Below, piece by piece: positions 43,922-52,062 of a DNA stretch of 64,000 nt (the stretch's first letter is position 1; each line of letters opens with the position of its first letter). The notes under the pieces were generated by a model. It was not told where the DNA came from and made no database searches. It worked only from the letters and a program-made list of their open reading frames with translations. The position numbers were made by a program, and so were the translations under genes. Source of the stretch: a virus (taxonomy: Duplodnaviria; Caudoviricetes); IMG/VR virus record IMGVR_UViG_3300037067_016086, positions 25,816 through 89,815 of that record; one strand, 5' to 3'.

Positions 43922-44893
43922 TTACCGCCTCTTCAGGTAGTCCACCGAAACCAATTTCAACTTGACTCGCCCACATTCCGGGTCCCTTCGAGGGGTGAGC
44001 GGGGAGACGACGCAGCCCTCACGGATGTTGTCCGCCCCCGGGATCGTGGAGTTGCCATCCGCCAGCATGGCCAGCTCGGGCGACCAGGCTCCGACGAACA
44101 GGAGCGGCGCCGTCGGCAGACCCAGGTCCGCGAAGATCGCGCGGGCCGTCACGGGAGGCAGCCACTCGCCGCCGTGCCGGATGTCGTAGAAGGCCAGCCG
44201 CAGCCCGAACTTGCTCCGGTCGATGCCGTAGTGGTAGCCCTTCACGGAGCCGTACAGCTCGCCGTAGAACACGTGGTCCGGGTAGCGCGCCAGCTTCTCC
44301 TCCAGTCCGAGATCGTCCGCGGCCCGCCACCAGGCCACTCGTGGGTCCCGGATCTTCCACCGCGTGTGCGACCCCGCGTGCAGCGCGCCGTCCACGAACA
44401 CGAACCGGGAGTTCTCCCCGTTGATCTTCTCGGAGATCTCCACCGGCTCGCCCGGCTTGATGATCTCGCTGAAGCGCCGCATCGACTCCACGTCGTAGTG
44501 CACCGCGTCGACCTTGGGCGCCGGAGCATCCAGGCCGTCGCCGCTCGGCGGCGGCTCCCAGTGCGTGCATCCCAGCTCCACCATCACGTCGTCGCCCTCT
44601 TTCCAGCCGGGACGCGCCTTGATGAGCAGTCCGAACGACTGCACGCCGCGCAGCCGCTTCGCCGAGATCCGCTTCATGCCGTCCTTGGCCTGGTCCGCCA
44701 GGAACGCGAACTCGGGCTGCGCCACCGGGACCATCGTATCGGGCTCGACGAACGCCGCGAGATCGCCGACGTGGAAGTCGCCGATGCGCGCGCACGAGGT
44801 GTAACCCCACACGTGAACCACTTCCAAAGAATCCGCGTCGGGATGTTTGTCGATCTGACCGATTCGAACCACCTTCACCGCGTGCTGGCTCAT
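43922..44893 (-). CDS. ATP-dependent RNA ligase (Rnl2/DRB0094-like, with N-terminal OB-like domain)
   Basis: HPDADSLE, EKINGEN (KxxG), YGE, FYD, REGCVV, K.K. Confidence 0.9.
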   Translation of the reverse strand: MSQHAVKVVRIGQIDKHPDADSLEVVHVWGYTSCARIGDFHVGDLAAFVEPDTMVPVAQPEFAFLADQAKDGMKRISAKRLRGVQSFGLLIKARPGWKEGDDVMVELGCTHWEPPPSGDGLDAPAPKVDAVHYDVESMRRFSEIIKPGEPVEISEKINGENSRFVFVDGALHAGSHTRWKIRDPRVAWWRAADDLGLEEKLARYPDHVFYGELYGSVKGYHYGIDRSKFGLRLAFYDIRHGGEWLPPVTARAIFADLGLPTAPLLFVGAWSPELAMLADGNSTIPGADNIREGCVVSPLTPRRDPECGRVKLKLVSVDYLKRR

Positions 44894-45153
44894 GGCTCCT
44901 CCTCCATATCGTTGTCCTCCGACTCGGGATCGCCCTCGGCCTCGGTGAGCAGCTTGGTGTCTCCGCCGGGAACGCGGGCCCGCCACACGTCCAGGACATG
45001 CTGCGCCGCGCGGTCCGCCAGCTTCCTGGCCGCCGCGAGCTGCCCACCGCCGGACACCACCGCACGGGCGTACGTCGCCACCCACGTGTCCGCCGCGAAC
45101 TCCTCGGGCGTCTGCAACGACGCCAGACGCTTCATGGCCGTATCCGACTTCAT
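44890..45153 (-). CDS. hypothetical protein
   Basis: GGAGG RBS. Confidence 0.6.
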   Translation of the reverse strand: MKSDTAMKRLASLQTPEEFAADTWVATYARAVVSGGGQLAAARKLADRAAQHVLDVWRARVPGGDTKLLTEAEGDPESEDNDMEEEP

Positions 45154-45401
45154 GGCGCACCTCCTTCCGTCCCGGAATCGGGCGGCGCGCACTCCGTGGT
45201 CAGCATGCAGTTGTAGCCGCCTGCCGGGTCCGCGCAGCACGCGAACGCCGCGCCCTCGATCTCGGAGCAGTCCGCGATCAGCTCCCACTCGCCGCCCGAG
45301 CTGCACATCTCGGCGCGATCCCCGCTGCACCGCGTCTCGTTCTGCGCGCACTCCTCGCAGGCGCCCAGCAGGAACGCCAACACCACCAGTACCTTGATCA
45401 T
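45150..45401 (-). CDS. Cys-rich lipoprotein
   Basis: lipobox LLGAC; C...ETRCSG....C...G.W....C. Confidence 0.7.
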   Translation of the reverse strand: MIKVLVVLAFLLGACEECAQNETRCSGDRAEMCSSGGEWELIADCSEIEGAAFACCADPAGGYNCMLTTECAPPDSGTEGGAP

Positions 45402-45958
45402 GGGTTCTCCTCTCCGTCCGGCCCCACGAGCAGCCTCAGCTCCTCGCGGCGCTCCGACTCGGTCATCTGATGCGGCGGCCCATCCGCCTCCTCGGCGAGA
45501 TTGTCCGCGGCGTCGCCGTCCAGGTACGACTGCTCGCACTCATCTAGCGACCCGGCGGGCAACTCCGGCCCCGGCTGCAACTGGCACGCGTCCCGCGCGC
45601 ACACCCCGAGCCGATCGGAGAGCTGGTTCATCACCTCGTGGTACGCCTGCGCATCGCTCGCCCACTCGCTGCACCGCGTCCCCCTGTACCAGGCCACACC
45701 GAATGCGTGCGCCTGCTCGGTGGGAGACAGCCACCCACCCTCGATCCGCGACCCCTTGTGGCACACCAGAGCCCGCGCGTACTCCTGGCACTTCGACACC
45801 TCGCGCTCTGACAGCGTCGAGTTGTCCATGCAGTCCTTCCAGATGCGGTGATACGCATCCTCGCGCTCCAGGCATTCGGGCGGCAGCTGGTTCTCGGACT
45901 CGTCGTCACCGCAGCCCACGAGCATCAGCGCCACCAGGATCATCATCCCAACCCTCAT
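45398..45958 (-). CDS. lipoprotein
   Basis: lipobox LVGC followed by GDD; GGAGG RBS. Confidence 0.75.
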   Translation of the reverse strand: MRVGMMILVALMLVGCGDDESENQLPPECLEREDAYHRIWKDCMDNSTLSEREVSKCQEYARALVCHKGSRIEGGWLSPTEQAHAFGVAWYRGTRCSEWASDAQAYHEVMNQLSDRLGVCARDACQLQPGPELPAGSLDECEQSYLDGDAADNLAEEADGPPHQMTESERREELRLLVGPDGEENP

Positions 45959-45980
45959 CGCTATCCTCCTCGTCTCGAAG

Positions 45981-45996
45981 GCGAACACGTGTTCGC
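45981..45996. promoter_or_regulatory. 16-bp palindrome copy (perfect)
   Basis: GCGAACACGTGTTCGC, 9 nt downstream of tRNA-Val. Confidence 0.85.
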
Positions 45997-46005
45997 TCTC
46001 CCCTG

Positions 46006-46079
46006 TGTGCCCGACTGGACTCGAACCAATGACCTCAACCTTGTCACGGTTGCGCTCTAACCAACTGAGCTACGGGCAC
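46006..46079 (-). tRNA. tRNA-Val(GAC), no encoded CCA
   Basis: cloverleaf GTGCCCG..CAACC-GTGACAA-GGTTG..TTCGAGT..CGGGCAC-A, followed by CAG. Confidence 0.95.
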
Positions 46080-46086
46080 AACACCT

Positions 46087-46284
46087 TCATTCCATCTCCC
46101 TGACCATCCCGCAGCGTCTGCACCGCGGTTCGCCGTCGATCTCAACCCACACGTGATGCCCCTCGACCGCCGCCGACGCGCCGCCGATCACGACCACCTC
46201 GCGTCGGCAGGACCGGTCCAACCGGCTCAGAGCCGCGTGCAGCGTGCACGCGTACCACAACCTGAACTCGTCGAGAGCACTCAT
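46087..46284 (-). CDS. hypothetical protein
   Basis: ORF between promoter and tRNA; CRRCG. Confidence 0.5.
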   Translation of the reverse strand: MSALDEFRLWYACTLHAALSRLDRSCRREVVVIGGASAAVEGHHVWVEIDGEPRCRRCGMVREME

Positions 46285-46333
46285 CGCGAAACCCTTTTCA
46301 TCTCCGGTATCGCACCGGGAACCAAGCTCTCGG

Positions 46334-46362
46334 ACCCTACCTCATTGCGTCGCGTTTGTCAA
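46334..46362 (-). promoter_or_regulatory. sigma70-type promoter
   Basis: TTGACA-N17-TAGGGT; the -35 contains the remnant stop codon. Confidence 0.7.
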
Positions 46363-46418
46363 CACCCGTCTCGAATCTGCGCGCAGGCTTCGATCGCACG
46401 CTCGCACGTCTCCTCGTC
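46359..46418 (-). pseudogene. displaced original C-terminus of the DUF3268 protein
   Basis: DEETCERAIEACAQIRDGC* vs active SEERCDEVVKICKEII... Confidence 0.7.
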
Positions 46419-46459
46419 GACAATTTTGCATTTCCGCCGATATGTCATATGATGTGTCA

Positions 46460-46918
46460 ATGATTAAACCTACTGAAAAAACATGCACAAAATGTGGTTC
46501 CAAGGGACCGTTCTACTTCAACAAGTCGATGGGCTGCTACCGTAGCCGGTGCATCAAATGCCACAATGAAAGTAGCCGCGATTGGGCGAAAAAGAATCCG
46601 GAACGGAGGCGCCAAATTGGAAAGAAACACGACAACAAAAGACATAAGTTCAAGAGAATTTTCGAAAAGTACAAACTCACAGAATCCGAATTTGACAAGA
46701 TGATGGAACGACAAGGATTCAAGTGCTGCATTTGCAAACGCACACTCGATCGCAAAAGCCGACACACTGTCGTGGATCACTGCCACAAAACGAACCGTGT
46801 TCGCGGCATCCTTTGTCGAAACTGCAACACTGGGATCGGGCAATTTCAAGACAATCCAGTTCTGCTACTTCGAGCCATAGAGTACCTCACGGAATCAGCT
46901 TCCGATCCTTTGAAATAA
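46460..46918 (+). CDS. recombination endonuclease VII-like homing endonuclease
   Basis: Q...CCIC....VVDHCHKTNRVRGILCRNCNTGIG; AT-rich; opposite strand. Confidence 0.9.
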   Translation: MIKPTEKTCTKCGSKGPFYFNKSMGCYRSRCIKCHNESSRDWAKKNPERRRQIGKKHDNKRHKFKRIFEKYKLTESEFDKMMERQGFKCCICKRTLDRKSRHTVVDHCHKTNRVRGILCRNCNTGIGQFQDNPVLLLRAIEYLTESASDPLK

Positions 46919-47918
46919 TTTCCTTGCATATCTTAACAACCTCATCGCACCGCTCTTCCGAGAACTGCCCGATGTGGCACTGGGTCTTTGGGATTCCCAG
47001 TATCTGCGCCAGCTCCATGTACGCCTGCGTGCGCGTCATACGACCCTCTCGCCAGATCGAGTCGAAGGCGTCGTGCGCCCGGATGCGTGCGCGCCGCATG
47101 CCCTCGGTCGCCAGCACGCCCAGCGGGGTCTGTGTGCCCGCGTGGCACCCCACGTACGCGCATCCCTGGGGGCACCGCCAGAACATCTTCGCGTGCAGGT
47201 CCGGCCGGTACGGGTAGACGGCCGCACCGGTCACCAGCTCGGGCTTCTGCCCGCACACGGGACACGCGGTCGGGGGTGGAAGGCACGCGTCGTTGTCCCG
47301 CAACCGTTGGACGTTCTTGTTGCGCGCAGCCTCCGCTCCCCGGCGCCGCGGGCACACGGCCTTGTGCGCGACCATGGCAGCTCGGTTCGGCAGGACAGCC
47401 TTGCAGCGCGGGCACGTCACGCGTTGCGACGCCCTCCACATCTCGGTCTCAATCCGCGTCAGCATCGGTGTCGGGTCGAGCAGTTGCGGCGGCCGCGGTC
47501 CGTCGAGAGGCCACACCGAGCCGACCGCCCGGTAGCCCATCTCGTACAGCTCCAGGTGCAGCATGCTGAGGGGCTTGCCCTTGTCGTTCCGTAGAACGCG
47601 CATCACACGGCCGATCACGCTGCCCTCCTCGATGAACTCCCACTGCTCGCACTTCGTCTCGATCTCACCGTAGATGATCACGCCGCTGTCGCCCTCGACC
47701 ATGACGCATTCCGTGGGCAGCCACCAGGGACAGCCCGCCAGCGGACCCGTGAATGGCTCCACCCCCACCACGATGCCGTCCTCGATCGCCAGGACCGGCG
47801 TGCCCACCGATGCCACCAGGTCGACGCCCGTGTGCACGTCGAACTTGCGCCGGTTCCCGAAGGCCCCGTAGGCAGGCGGGCTGGGCACGAGCACAGGGTC
47901 GTACAGAGGGAAGCGCAT
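46887..47918 (-). CDS. M23 peptidase fused to zinc finger and DUF3268-like domain
   Basis: HTGVD...HLE (M23); CPRC..H..C; CPVCG..YVGCH..PLG.LA..R..AH..FD..W..CHIG.F. Confidence 0.75.
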   Translation of the reverse strand: MRFPLYDPVLVPSPPAYGAFGNRRKFDVHTGVDLVASVGTPVLAIEDGIVVGVEPFTGPLAGCPWWLPTECVMVEGDSGVIIYGEIETKCEQWEFIEEGSVIGRVMRVLRNDKGKPLSMLHLELYEMGYRAVGSVWPLDGPRPPQLLDPTPMLTRIETEMWRASQRVTCPRCKAVLPNRAAMVAHKAVCPRRRGAEAARNKNVQRLRDNDACLPPPTACPVCGQKPELVTGAAVYPYRPDLHAKMFWRCPQGCAYVGCHAGTQTPLGVLATEGMRRARIRAHDAFDSIWREGRMTRTQAYMELAQILGIPKTQCHIGQFSEERCDEVVKICKEIISKDRKLIP

Positions 47919-48187
47919 CACCCATCCTGCGGCTTCGTGGGCATGTGGAATGCGCGGAACTCTATCATCTGGATCTCGCGATCCATGAGGAGGTCGTACA
48001 CCTCCATGACCTTCTGCATGTCCCGGCCGTCGTGCGCCTGGAACTGCACCCACGCCTCCCAGGCCGTCTTGGCGTACACCGGGTAGTCGTTGTGATCGTA
48101 GGTGTCGGTGCACACGATCATGAAGATCGCGCCCTTCTCCACGCCTTCATCGAACCACTTTCGGAGATCTTCCTTCTTAGTGCTCAT
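47918..48187 (-). CDS. conserved phage hypothetical protein
   Basis: IVCTDTYDHNDYPVY...QKVMEVYDL. Confidence 0.65.
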   Translation of the reverse strand: MSTKKEDLRKWFDEGVEKGAIFMIVCTDTYDHNDYPVYAKTAWEAWVQFQAHDGRDMQKVMEVYDLLMDREIQMIEFRAFHMPTKPQDG

Positions 48188-48348
48188 CGCTTCATCCTTG
48201 TCTCTGAACGCACCCTCCGCGCCTGGCAGTGGGGGCAATCGAACGTGACCACGTCCTCTCCCTCTGGGCCCTCCGAGATGTTGTACGGGCTCGCTTCGCG
48301 TGCGTTGAACTCGCGGCCGCACTTCGGGCATCGGATCAGCAGGATCAC
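48184..48348 (-). CDS. small zinc-ribbon protein
   Basis: CPKCG...CPHC; coupled both sides. Confidence 0.6.
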   Translation of the reverse strand: MILLIRCPKCGREFNAREASPYNISEGPEGEDVVTFDCPHCQARRVRSETRMKR

Positions 48349-48719
48349 ACGGGCACCGATTCGCTCTCGTGCTTCTCGGCAAGCGCGACCTCCGTGGCCG
48401 CCTCCATCGATGCGATCTCCTCCACCGTCTGGTCCCAGCGCTCGACCTCCTGGAACGTCAGCCCCCGGCAGGAAGCGTACGCGATCTCGCTGTCCATCGC
48501 GTAGTCCGCCGACGCCTCCTCGGGATTGCAGCCCACGGTGCTCTCGCATCCCGCGCACGCTCGCCCGCCACACGGGTCCCCCTCTATCACGTCCTCCAGG
48601 GCGGACCGCGCGCCGTCCAGGGCCGTCGACAGCGACCGCAGCGCTTCCACGACGTCCTTGCTCGGCTTGCCAACGATCCTCGCCTGCCAGGTCCCGTTCT
48701 TCTTTTCGATCCTCAGCAT
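48345..48719 (-). CDS. hypothetical protein
   Basis: GGAGG RBS downstream of promoter. Confidence 0.6.
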   Translation of the reverse strand: MLRIEKKNGTWQARIVGKPSKDVVEALRSLSTALDGARSALEDVIEGDPCGGRACAGCESTVGCNPEEASADYAMDSEIAYASCRGLTFQEVERWDQTVEEIASMEAATEVALAEKHESESVPV

Positions 48720-48760
48720 CTCGCACCTCCCGTCACGCATCGCGCGTGGCATCTGACCAG

Positions 48761-48789
48761 AGCTTAACCGATCCGATGGCGTTTGTCAA
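48761..48789 (-). promoter_or_regulatory. sigma70-type promoter
   Basis: TTGACA-N17-TAAGCT. Confidence 0.75.
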
Positions 48790-49121
48790 CACCCTCGGCA
48801 GTCGCAGCCATCCGCGTGTCCGCGCTCGGGAGCGTCCGCGTGGAAGCTCTGCCCGCAGCCGCCGCAGCGCCGGACCTCGGTCAGCCCCTTGAGGAACTCG
48901 CGCCGCATCTCCGCGATCCGCTTCTCGCGCGGCATGAACTCGGGCAGGCGCGGGTTGAACATCACGTCCGCCGCGTGCCGCTCCTCCTGCTCCTGGGCCC
49001 ACGTCTCGAAGTTCGGGCGCATCTCGTTTGCGAGGAAGTGGCAGGCCAGGCGGAACGTCGGCGCGTCCACATCGAACGGACCGCAGTCGCCGAAGTTCGG
49101 GTTGTTGTTGTAGATCATCAT
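48786..49121 (-). CDS. hypothetical protein
   Basis: ATGA-coupled to cca; C-terminal CGGC...CDC..C. Confidence 0.6.
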   Translation of the reverse strand: MMIYNNNPNFGDCGPFDVDAPTFRLACHFLANEMRPNFETWAQEQEERHAADVMFNPRLPEFMPREKRIAEMRREFLKGLTEVRRCGGCGQSFHADAPERGHADGCDCRGC

Positions 49122-50566
49122 GCCTCGTCCCTCCTTTGAAGTTTCACGGTGGCCCACCCGATCGCGTCGTCCAGGTCGTCGAACTCGCCGTCCATCTGCG
49201 CCTCCAGAGCTTCCCGGAGGAGCGCCCCCATGTCCCTGCCGGGCTTCATGCCCAGAGCTACCAGGTGGCGTCCCAGGAGGAGACCCGGCTGCGGCTTGTC
49301 CTGCACCGCCAGGTCCCGCGCCAGCGCGACGTGCAGAGCCATCGGGTCCCCGCCGCCCACCGGCGGCCGTGCCCAGGCGTCCGCGCGCGCGAGCTGTCCC
49401 AGCGTCACGATGCTCGCCGGGGCCAGCCGGGCCGCCAGGCGCCGCACGAACCGCTTGGACGGCGTGGGGCAGCTCAGGTGCGCCATGTGCTCGCGCACGA
49501 GCGGCACGATCCGATCCCGGAACTCCGCGGGCATCCCGATCGCGTCGCAGAAACCCGGGCACAGATCCGCGCTGGCGTCCTCGTGGCCCTTGGCCGTGAT
49601 GCGCCCCTCGGCGTCGGCCACCGTCGTGCTCGCCTTGCCGACGTCGTGGAGGAGCGCCGCGAAGACCAGCGAGATCCGCTCGCCGTCGTCCAGGTGGTCC
49701 GCCGTCGCGATCCGCGCGGCCGCGTCCACCGCCAGGATCGTGTGCCGCCAAACCGAGCCCTCGGGGTGATGCTTCGGATCTTGCGGCAACCCCACGATGC
49801 CCCAGAGCGAATCGAAGAGGATGTGCCACCCGATGTCAGCCAGGGCTTCCAGGCCCATGCCCGGGTGAGCCGAGAGCGCCCACTTCCGCCACTCGCCCCA
49901 GAGCCGCGAGGAGGGCAGAGTCGCCGCCGCGCTCCGCATGCCCTTGCACACGTCCGCCGTCTCCGGCGCCACCCGCATCTCGAACCGCGCCGCGAACTGC
50001 ATGGCCCGCAGGGGGCGCAGCGGGTCCTCGGCGAAGCGATCCGACACGTGCCGGATCACCTTCTTCTCCAGGTCCGCGATGCCGCCGAAGTGGTCGATCA
50101 CCTCGCCGGTCGCGCAGTCCAGCATCAGCGCGTTCCAGGTGAAGTCGCGCCGCTTGCACGCCTCGCTGGGGTCCAGCGTGGGGTCCACCGTCACGGCGAA
50201 GTCCCGGTGCCCGCGCCCCGTCGCGACCTCGCTCCGCGGCAGCGCGAAGTCCACCTCGTGGCCGTCCGGCGTCCAGAGCTTCGTGATCCCGAAGCTCGCG
50301 CCAACCGTCTCCACCCGCCCGCACGTGCTGAGCACAGACTCCAGGTCCGCGGCGCCGATCCCGTACACCTCGAAGTCGAAGTCCTTCACCGGCGTGCCCA
50401 GCAGCAGGTCGCGCACCGCGCCGCCAACCAGGTAGGGGAGCGCTCCGAAACCGCGAAGGCGCAGAACCGCCTCTTCCACCGCGCGCGGCAACTGGAATCC
50501 CTCTATCCGCCTCCACCGCATGTCGTCCTCCGGGCTCCCGCGGCGCATCGCGCCCCGCATCTCCAC
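49118..50566 (-). CDS. cca: class II tRNA nucleotidyltransferase (CCA-adding) with HD domain
   Basis: LVGGAVRDLL, DFDFE, RRDFT.NA, EDPLR.LR..F..RF, HHPEG..H, LLHDVGK; start 50521-50566. Confidence 0.92.
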   Translation of the reverse strand: MEMRGAMRRGSPEDDMRWRRIEGFQLPRAVEEAVLRLRGFGALPYLVGGAVRDLLLGTPVKDFDFEVYGIGAADLESVLSTCGRVETVGASFGITKLWTPDGHEVDFALPRSEVATGRGHRDFAVTVDPTLDPSEACKRRDFTWNALMLDCATGEVIDHFGGIADLEKKVIRHVSDRFAEDPLRPLRAMQFAARFEMRVAPETADVCKGMRSAAATLPSSRLWGEWRKWALSAHPGMGLEALADIGWHILFDSLWGIVGLPQDPKHHPEGSVWRHTILAVDAAARIATADHLDDGERISLVFAALLHDVGKASTTVADAEGRITAKGHEDASADLCPGFCDAIGMPAEFRDRIVPLVREHMAHLSCPTPSKRFVRRLAARLAPASIVTLGQLARADAWARPPVGGGDPMALHVALARDLAVQDKPQPGLLLGRHLVALGMKPGRDMGALLREALEAQMDGEFDDLDDAIGWATVKLQRRDEA

Positions 50567-50569
50567 CTC

Positions 50570-50597
50570 ATAATGCGCCCTTGTTGCCGTTTGTCAA
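50570..50597 (-). promoter_or_regulatory. sigma70-type promoter
   Basis: TTGACA-N16-CATTAT. Confidence 0.65.
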
Positions 50598-50599
50598 CA

Positions 50600-50815
50600 C
50601 CCCGGAGGTCGATTTCCGGGCAAGATCGTGTGCGTCCACCCGGAACAAGATTAGATCTCTGCTTACCGGTGATCCCCCCGGCGCTCGGAGCGCTGCCCCC
50701 CTCTGGGGGGATTCGTCTGTGCCGGGGATCTTCGAGGGACATCGGAAGCCAGGAGGGAACCGATCAGGGGCAGCGGTCTGGGGCCTTGGCCCCCCGCCGT
50801 AGAACGGCTCCCCCC
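50600..50815 (-). ncRNA. candidate structured non-coding RNA
   Basis: ORF-poor interval with nested stems (see findings); TTGACA at 50839-50844. Confidence 0.4.
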
Positions 50816-50910
50816 ATGTGCCGGATCGTGAGATCGCGTGTCAAGCGGTATCTTTTAGAGCCCCGTATCGATGCCGAACCTTGTGGGTATTCGGAGAGGG
50901 GGAAGTCGCA

Positions 50911-50932
50911 TGTTTCAATCGATCTTGAAACA
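50911..50932. repeat. 8-bp inverted repeat, possible operator
   Basis: TGTTTCAA-TCGATC-TTGAAACA. Confidence 0.5.
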
Positions 50933-50960
50933 AGTGTCGGTTCGGACGGGTTCTGTTGCT

Positions 50961-50976
50961 GCGCACACGTGTTCGT
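50961..50976. promoter_or_regulatory. 16-bp palindrome copy (2 mismatches)
   Basis: GCGCACACGTGTTCGT, intergenic. Confidence 0.55.
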
Positions 50977-50993
50977 CCTCGGAGATCGCGGGA

Positions 50994-51614
50994 CTAGATC
51001 ACGCGCTCGAAGGAGATCACGAACACCTCAGGATCGTCGGCCCATCGCGCCCCACCCTTGCGCTTCCCGTTCAGGTCGTCCCAGAGGGCCGCGAACCAGC
51101 GCACGTAGCTCTGCACGCCGTAGGTGTAGAAGATCGGCTGCCCGCTCATCTCGGGCGCGCCCTCCCGTAGCGCATCGTCCGGCGTGATCTCCCGGAGACG
51201 CTCCCGGCGGATCGCCGTGATCCGGACGCGGTCCCGGATGAAGGGGTCGGGCAGGAAGCGGCCGGACCGGCGCCGCGGTGGTTTCTGCGACGCCATGCCC
51301 TCTCCCTGCCGCATCAACCCCACCGTCACCTTGGAGAGATAGTCTACCTCCTCATCCTTTGACAGCGGACGCTCGTGGATCACGCCGTCTTGGTACTGGC
51401 AGCGGAGCATCGCGATCCCGGCGTACTCCAGCTCACCGTGACCCTTCCCCAGCGAATGGAAGTACGGGCGTTTCTCCACCCACAACCGGTGCGGCTCCCC
51501 GATCCCGAGCACATCCCCGACCTTGTACGGGCACTTCCCCAACCTGCGCGTCATGGTCTTCCGGTCGGCCCGGATCGCCTCCCGCATCTCCTCCACAAAC
51601 GAGATCCGCTTCAT
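50994..51614 (-). CDS. ASCH-domain protein
   Basis: I.F...M..AI...RKT.TRR, CPYKVGD, ITAIRRERL..IT..DA..EG, W...W..P.V.VI.F. Confidence 0.8.
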   Translation of the reverse strand: MKRISFVEEMREAIRADRKTMTRRLGKCPYKVGDVLGIGEPHRLWVEKRPYFHSLGKGHGELEYAGIAMLRCQYQDGVIHERPLSKDEEVDYLSKVTVGLMRQGEGMASQKPPRRRSGRFLPDPFIRDRVRITAIRRERLREITPDDALREGAPEMSGQPIFYTYGVQSYVRWFAALWDDLNGKRKGGARWADDPEVFVISFERVI

Positions 51615-51868
51615 GAAACACGCTCCCTGCTCCAGGTGCGAGCCATCCCCAGACCGGACTTCTTGAGCGCTCGCCCGTTGGGGCACACGCACGGACCCTC
51701 GTACCCGATCCGATGCGTGCGCGCCGGGTTGAGCGACTCCGTGTGGATGATTCCGTTGTTTCCGCACAGCGCGCACAGGCCCGTCTCGATGTCGATGAAC
51801 TCGTACCAGTCCACCTTCTTCGTGCGCGCGGATCGTGCCGCGTAGACCATCTCCTCCAGCTTGCTCAT
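51611..51868 (-). CDS. zinc-binding hypothetical protein
   Basis: CALCGN...CVCPNG. Confidence 0.6.
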   Translation of the reverse strand: MSKLEEMVYAARSARTKKVDWYEFIDIETGLCALCGNNGIIHTESLNPARTHRIGYEGPCVCPNGRALKKSGLGMARTWSRERVS

Positions 51869-52062
51869 GTCGTCTCCTCCGTGCAGCCACAGACGGACGC
51901 GTACCCGCACCCCGTGGCATCGCAGGCCCGACAGATCCAGTCCTCGTAGCCGTCGCTCACGCGCCCGCTGCCGTGGCACAGCGAGCAGTCGTAGTGCTCG
52001 TTGCACGGGAACCGGGACCTGTCCCCATCGCACCGATCCCGCTCATCATCGCGCAGAGCCAT
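51865..52062 (-). CDS. small DnaJ-type zinc-finger-like protein
   Basis: CSLCHGSG...CRACDATG. Confidence 0.6.
   Translation of the reverse strand: MALRDDERDRCDGDRSRFPCNEHYDCSLCHGSGRVSDGYEDWICRACDATGCGYASVCGCTEETT

Noticed and set aside
41252-44023. Duplicated gene ends as assembly artefacts or recent tandem duplications
   Set aside because: The copies differ at most synonymous positions, have opposite codon bias, and break at conserved motifs next to nuclease genes in eight separate loci
46790-46805. CGAAC-N3-GTTCG inside the EndoVII gene (and GAAC-N4-GTTC at 16582-16597)
   Set aside because: Wrong spacing or three mismatches, both intragenic; likely chance
50911-50932. TGTTTCAA...TTGAAACA resembles CRISPR repeat ends
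   Set aside because: Single 22-bp copy, no spacers, no cas genes; no CRISPR array found anywhere in the window
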